Origin: Lama guanicoe
Lineage: Eukaryota
Direction of reading: 5' to 3'
Length of the DNA: 64,000 bases
Assembly (NCBI GenBank): GCA_013239625.1
Contig: MU054400.1
Location: 4,093,802 to 4,157,801, forward strand
The stretch's first letter is position 1, and the number at the start of each line of letters is the position of its first letter. The notes beneath the pieces are model-generated. The model made no database searches, had not been told where the DNA came from, and saw only the letters and a program-made list of their open reading frames with translations. Below, piece by piece: positions 38,776 to 51,404 of the stretch. The position numbers were made by a program, and so were the translations under genes.

Positions 38776-39239
38776 CGAGGGCAGAGAAATGCTCCAGGAG
38801 CCCTTATGCTCCTGAGAGGGGGCAGCTCTGGAGGAAAACTTAAATGACAGGAAAAAGACAAACAGAGTGTTTTTCAAACTGGCGTTTGTGGCTATTTGTT
38901 GGGATCTGACAATTCTCTCTGCAAACCTCAAATGTGTTCTATTTTAATTACAATGGCAAAAAATAAACATTGTCCTATTCTGGGTCATCTAATGGCTACT
39001 GACAACTAAGGACTGGCACAAAATCTCCCTGTTTAATTTGTATTTACAGTTACAGTGCATTTATCATTGTGCTGGGGATCGGTGTCACTGATTTAACAGT
39101 CCTGTGCTAATAAGAATAGAGGCAGATTTAAAGCATAGACGGTGTGTTCGTGTTGAATGCCCAATACCAGTGAGGCTCAGTGACAACAATAGTTGACATC
39201 AGTTCGAACAACAAGAAAGCATAAGGTCTTTTCAAAAAT

Positions 39240-39390
39240 AAATTGATTGATTGATGGATGGATTGAAGTATAGCCAGTTTACAATCCTGTGTCAATTTCT
39301 GGTGTACAGCACAGTACTGCAGCTTGAACTTGTTTATCTATTTTAGATACATTAATATCTGCAAATTTCAAACTCCCAGCTTATCCCTTC
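39240..39390 (-). mobile_element. Short younger L1 3' end with an internal deletion
   Basis: 'attgaagtatagccagtttacaat...atttctggtgtacagc' is homologous to 9156-9210; 'atctgcaaatttcaaactccc...tatcccttc' is homologous to 9340-9375. Confidence 0.75.
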
Positions 39391-39644
39391 ATATGACAAA
39401 TATTCCTGGCACACCCAACTCCAGAGGACCTGCCCCGTAAGACTGAATACCCTGTTCACTTTTGATCGGCAGCTTTATTAGTGCAACACAGTGTTAATTT
39501 GTGTTAATTTGAAGTGTACTGGCTTTGTAATTTTATTTCTATTTCATTTGTAAAGCAGATTTAATTTGATAGTTGTAGAGCTGTAAGAATAAGGAGTTTA
39601 TACCTAGTAGACATTTGCCCATTGTAATAAAAGATGACTCAGGT

Positions 39645-40350
39645 TAAGCAAAATAGTATAACATTGGCACAAGAATAGAAAAACAGTTCAGTGGAAAGAT
39701 CAGAGGCACTGAAAGCAGAGTTGAGAAATAAAGATATTTGTGAACTAAATATGGCATCAAATAACATTTTATTTCAGTGGGAAAGGAATGATTACTAAAT
39801 AGTGAATATGGACATAATTAACAATTGCTATGAATGAAACAAAGACAGACCTATGCCTCACCCTGCTTACAAAACTGCATTTGAAGCAGAGATTCTCCAC
39901 CCTGGCACTACTGGCATTTGGGGCTGGGTAATTCTCTGTCATGGGGAGCTGACCTGTGAATTAATTGTAGGATGTTTGGCAGCATCTTTGCCCTCTACCC
40001 ACCAGATGCCAGCTGCCTCCTCCTCTCCCCAGTTGTGACAAACAAAAATGTGTCCAGATGTCGTCATGGGGTTGCAGGGGGAGGAAACTGCTCCTGGTTG
40101 AGAACCACTGGTTTAGATGTTCTAAAGCCTTAAATGTAAAAAAGAAAATCATCATCAGAAATGTACCAACTATATTAATAAGAGAAAGTCTATGTATTTT
40201 TAGAGGTAAAATACAGATAAACAATCTGATATCTATCTGTACAGGACTGAGTAATTAAACCATGGTGCATCCAAGTAGTGGAATATTATGCAACTATGAA
40301 AAGGTTATGTTCTCTCTCTGAGAGGGAAGTCCATGATATAATCTCAAGTA
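39645..40350 (+). mobile_element. Old L1 ORF2 3' fragments interrupted by MER20
   Basis: 'ttggcacaagaatagaaaaacagttcagtggaa' (WHKNR...QW motif), 'ttcagtgggaaaggaatg', 'gtggaatattatgcaactatg'. Confidence 0.65.
39887..40110. mobile_element. MER20 DNA transposon, full length
   Basis: Terminal inverted repeats 'cagagattctccacc' and 'ggttgagaaccactg'; internal 'ttgtaggatgtttggcagcatc...ccagttgtgacaaacaaaaatgt'. Confidence 0.9.
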
Positions 40351-40802
40351 CTGAAAGAGGTTTACAAAAATTTTTTGAAAGGGAGAAGAAAGGCCCTAGT
40401 GGATGTGTATGGGTAGGTATGTATAAATAAACATTTTGCCTGTTTGTATAGAATATATATAAACATATATAAAATACACAGTTTGCATGTTAAAAACATG
40501 GAGGGGGGAACACAAACCAAACTGCCAACCCTGGCCACCTTGAAGGAGCAGAGGCATGACTGTGCAGCTGGATCAGGGTGACCATGGGAGACCCTCTCTT
40601 TGTTACTGGTCTACTGTAGCAAGCACATCGTGATTTTGTAATCTGAAAGCAAAAGCCGGTAGAGTTTATGTAGTTCAAAGACCTGACGATGGGGGTGGGG
40701 GGAGGCATTTATGACTCAGTGCTATAACACAGTGATAGATATATTTGGGGGGGCTACAATATGCAGTAGGGTGGTGTAGTGGGATTTTGGTTGGTTAGTG
40801 GG

Positions 40803-41262
40803 CACATGGATTGAAGGGTGGTCACTAGTAAGATCTATCTGTGTCCAACTCCCTGGGACCTATGAATGTGACCTTAGTTGAAAAGGGGTCTTTGCAGATG
40901 TAATTAAGGGCATTGGGATGGCATCATCGAGGGTGACCCAGGTGGGCCCTAAATTCAATGACATGAGTCCTTATAAGAAAGAAGCAGAGAGAGAGTTGAG
41001 ACACACAGAGAAGGTGTTGGGAAGAGGGAGGCAGAGACTGATCTGATGATGGAGTCACAAGCCAAGGAATGGCTGGAGCCACCAGAAGCCAGGAGAGGCA
41101 AGAATCAGTTTCTCCCCTCGATCCTCTGTAGGGAGCACAGCCCTAGCCACACCTTAATTGCAGACTTCTGCCTTCCAGAACTGTGAGAAAAATTACTTTC
41201 TATTGTTTAACTTTCTATCCGGCGCGTGGTAATTTGTCACGGCAGCCACAAGAAACTCAAAG
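40803..41262 (+). mobile_element. MaLR solo LTR, MLT1C-like
   Basis: 'gaatgtgacctta...gggtctttgcagatgtaattaag...gggccctaaat...caagccaaggaat...gccaccagaagc...ccagaactgtgaga'. Confidence 0.88.
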
Positions 41263-44169
41263 GAGGATCATTTTATTTTTCCTGGGATGGTTGAAGGAAG
41301 CTTCCTGAGAACGATGGCTCCTGTCTCACACCTCAAAGGGAAATGGAGAGGGAAGGAGGCTGCTCTAGGGAGGGGAGCAGCGTGAGCAGAGGCCGGAGGC
41401 CGAAGGGGCAGGGCTGGTTAGCGCAGTGGGGATGGGGGAGGGGTGGGACAGAACGGGGAGCATCTTGTTTTTCTCCTGATCTTTTTATCTGGAGAAACAA
41501 ATTCACGATTTAGAGAGATCTTCTAAAAAGACTGACGCATTCATGTCAGAGACAGAGCTCTAGGAAACATTGACTTTCAGTATCCAATTCACAAGAGGGG
41601 AGGTGGCAGCCCCTGCGAAGTCCCCCGAGGAAGAGATTGTGGGAGGTGACTCCCTGTATTCAAAATGCAGCAGCTTGTTGGATCTTGAGGGCTCCATTCT
41701 CAGCCAGTCTGCTCACATTCCTAGCAGGCGGCTTGCTTTGGCATCCATGTAATCCCCAAGCTAGGTAGGAAACAAAATATTTTCATCATTTGACATGATA
41801 AAGCGTGTGGCTCTTGAGTAAGAAGAACTGGCACCACCATGGGCATGTTCTGTCTCATCCCATCCGCTTCAGTTCCAGTGGGAAATGAGGCTCCACCAGC
41901 CAGCACGGCCTAGCAGGTCTTCTGGTGGCTTGGGAGGGGACAGGAGCCATACCCTTTCTTTGAGTGCCACAAGTGGCCTTGACTTTCTACCCACCTGGAT
42001 TCTGCTGCTGGTTCAGCAGTTTCTTTTGCAGGTGAGAGTGCATCAGAGCATTCCCCCTGACACCCTCAGCAGTACCCTAGTAGGGAACTTCGGGTGGTGC
42101 ACACTGAGACCAAGAAGGAACGCGCTTACATGCCAGAAGCACTTGCAGATGTATGGTTGAAACATTTGTTTCCCAGGACTGATGCTATAAATAGGACATG
42201 GCTAGGCAAGAAGGCAGCAGCATGCATGGGTGGCCTTGTCTTCGTGGCAGAGATATTTCCCAGAAGCACACACCACTGGGGCTGACTCTGGATCCAATGA
42301 AGCTGCCAAGTCATCACTGTACCATGGCTCACAGCTGCTCTTCTGCCAAGCCTTTTCCCTCACTCTTCAAAACTCATCTGAAATCATCTCCAGAAACTTG
42401 CACGAGAGGCTAGGGGCTCTTGTCCACTGGGGGTGTGCCATGCATGAGAAATCCTGTCTCCTCTGTGGATGGCAGAGGGGGTGTGTGTGTGTGTTTATGT
42501 TTGTGCGTGAATGTATTTGTGTGAGAGTGCATAAATGTGTGTGTGTATGTCAAAAGTCTCAAACCAGTGGGAGTTCTAAAAGCACAGGGCCCGGCTGCAT
42601 TTCATATGTGTGCTGTGGGAGTTCTCACTCATCCCCCAAGCAGAGGAAAGACTGAAAACTTGGAGGAGGGGCAGTAAGGATGCGGAGAAGACGGCGGGTT
42701 GGGGATTTACCCTGTGGGTGACCAGGAGCACAGTGGAAACAAGTGGTGTGCGGGCACCGGTGGAAGTTGCTGAGGAAGGAAGAAGTCGAGATTCATCTTC
42801 AGATTCCTGCCTCCTGCTTGTGGCCTGTGAGGCCAACCAGAGGCAGAGAGGAGATGGTCAGAGGCCAACGTGAGTATTCAGCCCCAGCAGCTGATGCAAG
42901 AGGAAACAGAAAGAGTCTGAAAACGGCACTTCTCTGTGACAGAAGAGGGGCTCTGCAGAGCGGTTAGAAAGCCTCTGCCTGGAAGCTGGTTATAATAAAA
43001 CTTTCTCATGGTTGAGAAGGAACCATGGGCCTCACTCCCTGTGCTTTCCGAACATTTTGTTTCCCATCCCAATTTAGAAACAAATGAGGGTATGGGGTGG
43101 GGTTCTCTGACATCCCTGCTCTCAGTTGAGCCCCACAAATCTGAGGTCCATTTGACAAAAGGGGGAACTGAGGCTCAGAAATGTGAAGCAACTTGTTCAA
43201 GATCACACAGCTGGATCACAGACCCATGTCTATGGCGACACAGCTGGGCAAGTAACAAAAGGTCCTGGTCCCGCTCTTCTTGGGAAGTATGGAGAGATTC
43301 TTAATGCTCAAGGGGTTTCTCTTCTCTTGTGACACAAATCCTGAATCTTATTTCATCCAGGAACAGCAACCATCACTGAAACACACTGTCATTTGCTTCT
43401 CACAATCCTACGAGTTAGATATTATGACCTCACTGACTTGAGCAACTAGAAAACTTCTCCAAGGCCCCACAGGCCACACTCAGGCCAGGATTCAAATAGA
43501 AACCTATCCGATCCCCGAGGCCATGGTCTGGTCCACTGCGCTGCGCTGCTTCCCTAGTGGAAAGAGGGCCATGCTGACTCCCTGCCCCTGCGCCCATGTG
43601 CAGCTGGTTCTGCCCAGGAGAGGAAGCGCACCCAGGCAACAATGCCCACTCCTCATTCCTCACGGCCCCCCAGGCCGCCCAGTGATTAAGCCCTTAGGAC
43701 TTCCCCTTGGCCGCCGGTGACATCATTGCATAATGAAGGTGACGGTGTTGGCCAAATGCATGCACCAAACAAAGGTCCTTTGTTTTAATTTATCACCCGA
43801 GCTCTCCTTGCGCAAGACTGAGCTCCTACTGGTAATTAAGGAAGATGGTTTAACCTGGCTGAATGAGGGAGCAGGGCTCGGGGCAAAGTGGCAAAGTGGG
43901 AGCAGAGGAGAGCCATGTCAGCTCTTCATTTGACATGGTAATGAGGGCACCGATCAAAGATAATCTGGGTAGGCTTACCATGGAAAGGCAGAGTGCAACA
44001 CTAATCTGAAGGCTTCCTTTTATGTAATTTTCTTGCCAAGTAGCAACATAGATTTTTTTGGTCTCCTATTTTTCAGCTGACCTTTCAATGGAACGACTCA
44101 CTGAGTGGTCACATGCCCTGAGGTTGATCACCGGCTCCCCAGAGCACAAAAATTCTGCAGCACAAACGA

Positions 44170-44345
44170 CAAAGGCCAAACCCAGCCTTGCCACTTTCTA
44201 GCTGTGTGACCTCGGACAAGTTACTTCAACTCCCACTGCCTCAGTTACTGCATCCGGAAAATGGCAATGATGATCCTAGTACTTACATCTTAAGGTGAGG
44301 ATTACAGTGAGGTAATATATGTTGTGCTGAGGACAGAGCTGAGTG
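44170..44345 (+). mobile_element. MIR SINE
   Basis: 'gccactttctagctgtgtgacctcggacaagttactt...tgcctcagttactgcatccggaaaatgg'. Confidence 0.85.
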
Positions 44346-44435
44346 TGTACGTGTGTTTGTTCTTATCTTTGTACAACTTTGTCTTTGTACAACTTTATAG
44401 TGTCTTCCATAGAGCAGGTGTTCAAGAAATGGCCC

Positions 44436-44618
44436 CTCTCACCACACACACACACAAAAAAAACCCAGTAATTATGTGATGGGATAGAGGCGTTGGCTAA
44501 GGTTATGGTGGTAATTATTTTGCAGCATGTAAGTGTATCAAACCAACACAATGTACATCTTAGACTTACATAATGTTATACGTCAATTATTATCTCAGTT
44601 GAGCTGGGAGAAAATTAT
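44436..44618 (+). mobile_element. L1MA-type 3' end with TSD
   Basis: 'ggtggtaattattttgcagcatgtaagtgtatcaaaccaacac...ttacataatgttatacgtcaatt'. TSD aagaaatggccc (44424-44435) / aataaatggccc (44619-44630). Confidence 0.85.
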
Positions 44619-45079
44619 AATAAATGGCCCTTCAATACCTTTTCTCTCTCCCCCTCCTCCCTCTCTTTGTTCCTTTTTCTCCACAAACAGGGACTCCATT
44701 TCTCCTGTCATACACAAGCTGCAGTGAAATGAGGCGGAGGCCCTTCCCGCCAATAGGATGTGATTACAGTGAGTTAGGAAGAAGTTGGCGGTGGCTGCCA
44801 TGTTTCTGTGTTCAGGCCTTCCCAAGGTTGAGAGGTTCTCTTTCACACTCTCACTATTTATAATTATCTTTTCTATCACATTTGGGGGGAAATTTTTTTG
44901 AATTTCAGCTATTCATGCATGAATTTTTCATTGTGAGTTCTGAAATCTTTCAAAAGCCATTTTCTTACTCACCCAAACTCTAGATATTATGAATTCTTTG
45001 CCTAGCCTCTCCAATAGTAATTTATGTGTATTTGTGGCAAATTTTATTTATTTATATAATGTATAGAAATTTATATTGG

Positions 45080-45640
45080 AGATGTAGTCTTAATTGCTTT
45101 TGGAGAGATCTAAAGAATTATATTTGGGTTACAGTGTATGCATTTGTTCAGCGTTAGCTGATGTCGCCAGACCATCTTCCAGAGTGGCTGTATCAATCCA
45201 TTTACGTTCCCATCAGCAGTCTGCGTTCCAGTTCCTCTACATCCTTGCCAGCTGTTGCCATTATGACGTATCAAGCATCTTTTCATATGCTTGTTTACCA
45301 TTTTGACATTCTCCTATGATGTACCTACTCAATTCTTGAGCACATTTAAAAAATTTGGATAGCCTGTCTTCCCTATTGACTTGTGGGGATTATTTATATA
45401 TTCTGGATTCACGTTATTTTGGTCACAGATGTACTGTAAGTGTACCTCCCACTCTGTGGCTTGCCTGTTACCTATCTTAACAGTATCTTGCTGAACATGT
45501 GTTCTTAATGCAGACCAGTCTGTCAGTCTTTTCCTTAATGGTCAGCACTTTTTGTGTCCCTAGGTTAGAATATTTTCAGTGTCCCTACCAGTGCCCAAAT
45601 TCCGTGATTCAGTGACTCTCTGTAGCTTTTTCAAGTGTTC
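45080..45640 (-). mobile_element. Old L1 ORF2 3' fragment
   Basis: 'ttccagagtggctgtatcaat...ttcccatcagcag', 'tttatatattctggat', 'ctgtggcttgcctgtt'; peptide 'KHMKRC'. Confidence 0.7.
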
Positions 45641-46036
45641 CTTCTGCTTAGGCTGCTCTTTGTGCTTACAGGAGTAAAGAGACACACTCAGGCTGCACGG
45701 CTGTAGGAGGCTGTGTGCCGGGACAGAGGGGGACTGAAGGAGGACAGCACGCAGACCCAGCCACCCTGAGCCCAGCATCAAGGAACTAGGAACATTGTCC
45801 AGGAACTGGGACAGCATTCCAGGTACAACCCTGCACTTGTGACCAGACCATCCTGGAGCCTCCCTGTGTCCACGCTCCCTGCCCTAACACGCTGCAGGAC
45901 TGTGGCCCAGCCATTCTGCCTCTCTGTTTCTCCACACACTGTCCACCCCACTGTCTTCCCAGTACCTTCTTTCTCTCTCTACCTCATGGCTTCTTCTCAC
46001 TGACTTTGCTCTGTGAATCTCTGTTTTAAAATGTGG

Positions 46037-46515
46037 TGTATTAATAGAAAATTGGGAGTTACGGTAAAGCCAACAGACCAGGAGATGAGTGCCGCTGAGA
46101 AGTCAGTTTGTTACTCACAGAGCCCAAGGGAAGGGGCAGGCCATGATATGAGGGGCCACACGGGGAAGCAGCAGGTTGGTCAGCAGGTGCAGGGAGAGGG
46201 AAGAAATGTGAGCAAGAGCCTTCATTGTGGTTTCTATGAAAAGGAGAGGGTGGGGCAGGGTAAACCAGGATTGGCTGGTTTGAATGACTTCAGCAGGCTT
46301 GAGGGCATAGGAGCTGGCCCCAGTTGTCCGGTACCTGGCCCTGGGGTGGTAGGGAAGGCAGATAGTGGCCCAGAGAGGGAGAGCCCCAAAAAGGAGGTGG
46401 TTGTGTTTGAGAAGTGTGCTTGTGGACAAATTGTTTTCTATCTCTAGGAACTGGCTGACTGGGGGAGGGACAGCCCCTCCAAAATTGACAAGACTCAGAT
46501 GTCAAAGTACTAGAA
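46037..46515 (-). mobile_element. ERVL-class solo LTR, MER76-like
   Basis: 'aagccaacagaccaggagatg...tttgttactcacag...gggccacacggggaagca...ggtacctggccctggggtg...tatctctaggaactggct...cagatgtcaaag'. Confidence 0.75.
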
Positions 46516-47017
46516 TTGTCCAGTGAAGCCCATTTGCTCCTGAGCTGAGCCCCCGAAGCACCCGTCCCATAGCTGACTGCCCCACCTGAGGGTTCGACCC
46601 TCACCAGGATCTGCCAGTGGGGACAGAGTGGTGCCATCATGGGGTCAGCTCTCCTCAGGGGGGACATTCTTCCCTCGTGTCTACCTTCCAAGTAACTCCT
46701 CTGCCTTCAGGTTGACGTCTAATCTGCCTCCCCCTGCGCCTTCCTAACCCCCTTCTCAGCCCTCAGCCATGTCCGTGTTTCCTCCCTGAATTTCCAAACT
46801 ATTCTTTTCTCTTCTCCTTTCATGGAACGTTTCCCTTTTTTTGCATTTGATATCTGTTGTGTCTGCCTTTGTCCCCTCTGAAAAACACACAAGTGCAGAC
46901 AGAGGACTGGGACTGAGTGTGTCTTGTTCCACCGTCTGTCCTTCCTTCTCCGCGGTCCTGGTGTCAAGCACAATGCTTGGTGCATCAGTGTTCAACAAGG
47001 GATAACAGACACCTAGT

Positions 47018-47432
47018 AGTTTATGTCCAGTCCCCACAGAAGCAGACCCTAAACCAAGTATTCTTGAGTGAGTCGTGTACTTGGGCAATGATCCCCAGGA
47101 GCACTGGAGGGTGTCGGGAAGGAGAGAGGGAAGATAGGGAGCTGCCAGCACAGTGTGGGCTAGAGAGCTGTTTACCCCCGAGGCCAGTTGGTGCTCAGTC
47201 CTGCTGGTACTCTTTGTAGGACACTGCTTGGAGTTGTTCCATCTGGACTGTTCGCCCATATGTCACTGGGTGTGGGCTGCCCCTGGGCCAGCAAATTTCC
47301 TGACACAGAGCAGGCCATGTTCATGTGGCTGGAGCGGACCCTCCACAGGGTCCTTGGTGGCTACAATCTAAGAAACCAAGTCACGGATCTGTGAGTGCCA
47401 GTGGTTAAGGGTGGGGCACCAAGGCATCCCTT
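47018..47432 (-). mobile_element. ERVL-class solo LTR, LTR33-like
   Basis: 'cagaagcagaccctaaaccaag...tgatccccaggagcactgg' ... 'gtgagtgccag...gggtggggcacc'. Confidence 0.7.
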
Positions 47433-47579
47433 ATGCTTCAGTGGTGAAGGTTAAATAGCCTCAGGTCCTAAAATCCAGGTACCTACAACCATGGGCCAAG
47501 AGACAGAAAAAAAATGGACAAGTTTACAGACACATCCTTGTGGGGAGTGGCCAGCTGACATCCTCACGGGCCTCCCACA

Positions 47580-48500
47580 TTTTCCCGCTCTGTGCCCGGC
47601 TCTCACAGCCAGGAACAGCTGGGCTGCATCCCCAGCTAAGCTGTCTGGAGAGCTGTGGCACGACCAAGGCGCGCCTTGGGTGAGGCGCCAGGACCCGCGC
47701 TCCCGATGCCACGTGAGCCCTGCCTGGCTGGGCGCAGTGGGAGTCCTCCGAGCATGCGCCTCGCGTCCTCGCCCTTTCCCGGAGGCCGCGTCCCCCCTTT
47801 GCTGAGCGTGTTGATGCCCATGTCCTCCCTGGGGAGCATCTGTGAGTCTCGGCCCCAGGCCACCTCAGCCCTTTCTTATTTCGCTCGGAGTTCTCCCGCT
47901 GCACAGCGGTGGGGGCCTCTGGGCGCCTCCGTCACCACGTCGTCACGCGCCCGGTGAGGTGGCGAAGGGCACACGTGTGCGTCAGTTTAACCCAGGCTGA
48001 CAGGAGTCAAGATCATGCGGACCCCAGCCCCAGCCGCAACTCGGCTTAGGAAACCTACGTCAGAAAAGCAGATGAGAACCCGGGTGGGAATGGATGCAGC
48101 GAGGAAACTGGGACTCAGTGGAGTTTGGCTTGAACGCGGTATCATCCCTTTCCTCAACGCACATGAGCATCTCCGCACAGTTCCACGTTTCAGACATTCT
48201 TGAATTGGCTAATTTATATAGCATATTTTTCTGGATACTCTTCTGGAGTAATCTGTCAGTTAACATAGACCAGATTCTCTCTCTCTGTCTTTTTTTTCTT
48301 TTTCTTTTTTCTGTTAGCAAAATCCTACAAAAATGTTTCCCAAACCCATCAGTTCCCCCGAGCTTGCTGGTAATCACAAGCAGGCGGCCCCATGTGTCGG
48401 CGGGCTGCGGTGTCCTAGCATTCCGCCGGCCCCACGCTTGGAGTGGTCCCCGCGGACAAAGCTTTCCGCACGCTCTGGCCACGAGCCTAGACTGAGAGGC
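47580..48500. promoter_or_regulatory. CpG island-like region
   Basis: About 33 CpGs counted by eye in 47641-47990, with a second CpG patch at about 48350-48490. E-boxes CACGTG at 47710 and 47972; NRF1-like GAGCATGCGC at 47750. Confidence 0.7.
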
Positions 48501-49964
48501 CAGGTACAACTGTTGAGTTGACAAGGGTATTTTTTTTTTTAATACAGTGCATTGATTCTGGGTTATGTTTTAAATACAGTAATGTGGTTAAAAGACAGAA
48601 GAGCAGAGCAAACACAGAGGGTCCTGCAGATTGGGAACTGGAGTGATGGGGGGAGAATACTGGCCTCTGAGCTCATCCCAGAGTGCTGATGAACAGCATG
48701 GTGACCTTGCACAAGTCCCTCAGCGTTGCCAGCTTCAGCTTCCTCCTCACCTATCAAACTGGGCCAGAGTCCGGCTCTAAAATTCTTAGTAACACAGAAG
48801 ATTTCAAAACAGATATGGATATCTCTACGCTCTTTGGATAAGGACCTAGTAGTGCCTTACATGATAAACAGACACTTGTTAGTGGGTGAAAACACATACG
48901 AAGCAACTGAGCAGGGAAGGCACCACCCTGGGCGATGATGTCATCCCTCAGACTTGACAACTTTTATATTTTTATAAAGTGTCTTGTGAAATGTATTAGC
49001 AAGACCTTGAAGCACAAAGTGCTGTTCCTTTGCATCAACATTTAAAGGTTTTTCTCCCCATTCTTTCAGGTGTCCGAATGACAATTTCAATTTATGACAA
49101 ACCTCTCGGTGTCGTTATCACTACTACCAACCCGTCGGAGTGGCATTGTTACTTCCCTTCTAGGGAGGAAGGAGCTGAGGACAGGTTAACGAGCTTGCCA
49201 TGGTCACGCCGCTGGTAAGTAGCCGGGCTGGGATCTGAAGCCAGTGCCTGCTTCTGTCCTCTCATCACCAGCTCCATCCTGGTGATGCTGAGTGGGCTGC
49301 CCTGAAAACGACACCTTGACTCTAAATTTACTTGTCTTTTCCTCCATGTGCTTGATCCTATGAAAAGGACTTTTGGCAGCACTAACCTGTCTTTGCCTAC
49401 AGAAGGATTCTAAGGGGCCAGGCTGCATGAAGTACGGGTGAGCTCAGCGCTGTATCCCTAACAAGAAGGAAGACTCTATCTTGTTAGCATGCTGGGACAC
49501 CTGGTTGAGACAATGTGGGGCAGCTTGTCTGAGCAATTTCGATTGCATCTTCCCCGAAAGGGTCGTTTCTCAAGGGTCCTTCACTCTAAGCTTGAAGCTT
49601 CGTCAGATCTCATAAACTGGTACATTGATTTGCCTCTTGTCATTTGCGTTTGGTTTTCTGAGATCCTCAAAACAGGTTTTGCAATTTCAGCAGATCAATA
49701 GTGTTTCTCTCTGAAACTCAAGTTTTCATGGTTTCATCTGAAGCTAGGAACAGAATTAAACTCCAAAATGACCATCAGGCACAAAACTCTGTTCTCAGCC
49801 CCTCGCATGGCAAGGAAAGAATGATGCAGTTTGTCGCGTCTCAAATTTGTCCCACACGGCCAGCCTGAAACTAGGTCCCAAGTTGGTCTTTTTCTTGTTT
49901 TAATTTGTTTATTTGTGATGGGGACTTGCTGCTTCTAGGAGGGTCTCATTAAAAAAAAAAAAAG

Positions 49965-51404
49965 AGAGAGAGAGAGAGAGAGAAACTCAGAAGACATCAA
50001 AAGTTCTGACAAAACAACATCTTGATGATTTAAGTGTAAATATGTCAGGGACATATGGTTTCTATTATTCCTGAAATAACACATGGGTTTAAAAATCAAG
50101 GGGAAAAGTGTTTGGTAAAACACACTGAGGACTTGGCTAAATGTTTTTTAAAGACCAGTTCTGAAGCCTGAAGGGAAAAACACCCAGAGGGGGGGCAAAG
50201 GCAAGGGCTCCACCCCTCCCTAGTTTGTTTCTTTTCTTGATCTAGGGGAGTACTCACATTGCCACCAGAATACGGATTTATCTGCCACCACAAGAAAGTT
50301 ATTCGGAAGTTTATGTTCTGGTGAGCAAGTCTAGGTCCCAGTTGTATCCTGTTGTTTACTAGCAATATTAGTTTTAGGAAGGTTAATACATCTGAAAAAT
50401 GGAGAAATAATTTATATCATGGGATTGTTGTGAGCATTTGTACTAATGCATATCAACTCCCTGGCACGTAGTAAATCCTTAATAAGAGGCGGCATTTAAA
50501 ATGATCATCATTCTCTTGAAAAGTGGCGATGGGAAGATGGGTGAGGGAACCTAGTTTCATGAGTATGTAGAATCTGTGGGACCACATGAGGTCCTCTACC
50601 CACCTCCCCAACTAGAGACACAACCAACTGACAGAGGAATAGAGTGACTGGAGCAACTGCGGCCAAACACGAAGAAACAAGAGTGAGGCCCAAATGGGAG
50701 GGCAGGAGGAAGTGAGTCCCCACTGACCGACTCCTCAAGGCACTTGCTCCTCAAGGCACACATTTAAATGGCTTTTTAATTTAAGATATTTATTTTTAAG
50801 TGATATTTGGATTATTTTTTATTAATGAATTTTAACAACTTTATTGAGTTATAATTGACTTGCCAAAAAAACTGGATGTATTTGAAGTGTATGATTTGAT
50901 AAAGTTTATACAGCTGTGAAACTCTCACCAAAAGCAACACAGTGGAGACATTCATCACTCCTAGAAGTTTTCTCCTGCCCCTTTGTGATTCCGTCCACCT
51001 CTCCCCCAGGCAACCACTGAAGTCTTCTCTGTCGCTGTAGATAAATCTGCATTTTCTGAAATTTTGTATGAATGGAGTCATACAATAGTGACTCTTTTTC
51101 ATCTCACTTCTTTTCACTCAGCATTACATTTTGAGATTCATTCTGTCATGGTGTGTGTTAATAGCTCACTTCTTGCTATGGCTGAATAGTATTCCATTAC
51201 ACAGATACATGGAAATTATCTGTTCATGTTGATGACCATTGGGTTTGTTTGTAGTTTTTGTTTGTTTGGTTGTTTGGTTGGTTTTGTTTTTTGCAATTAC
51301 AGATAGACCTAGAATGAATGCCTGTGTGTAAATCTTTATGTTTTCTTTTCTCTGGTAAGTACCTAGGGATGGAACAGCTGGATAATTTCAGATGTATGTT
51401 TAAT
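49965..51404 (+). repeat. Copy 1 of a 1,440-bp direct duplication (probable assembly artefact)
   Basis: Matches 52050-53489 at an offset of 2085; the ORF track is duplicated exactly. Confidence 0.93.
50815..51404 (-). mobile_element. L1 3' end (L1MC/MD-like), duplicated copy
   Basis: 'aactttattgagttataattgac...ccccaggcaaccactga...gaatggagtcatacaatag'. Confidence 0.8.

Noticed and set aside
41428..41447. Canonical G-quadruplex motif (another at 20181-20201)
   Set aside because: Common in mammalian DNA and in or near decayed repeats; nothing here suggests function.
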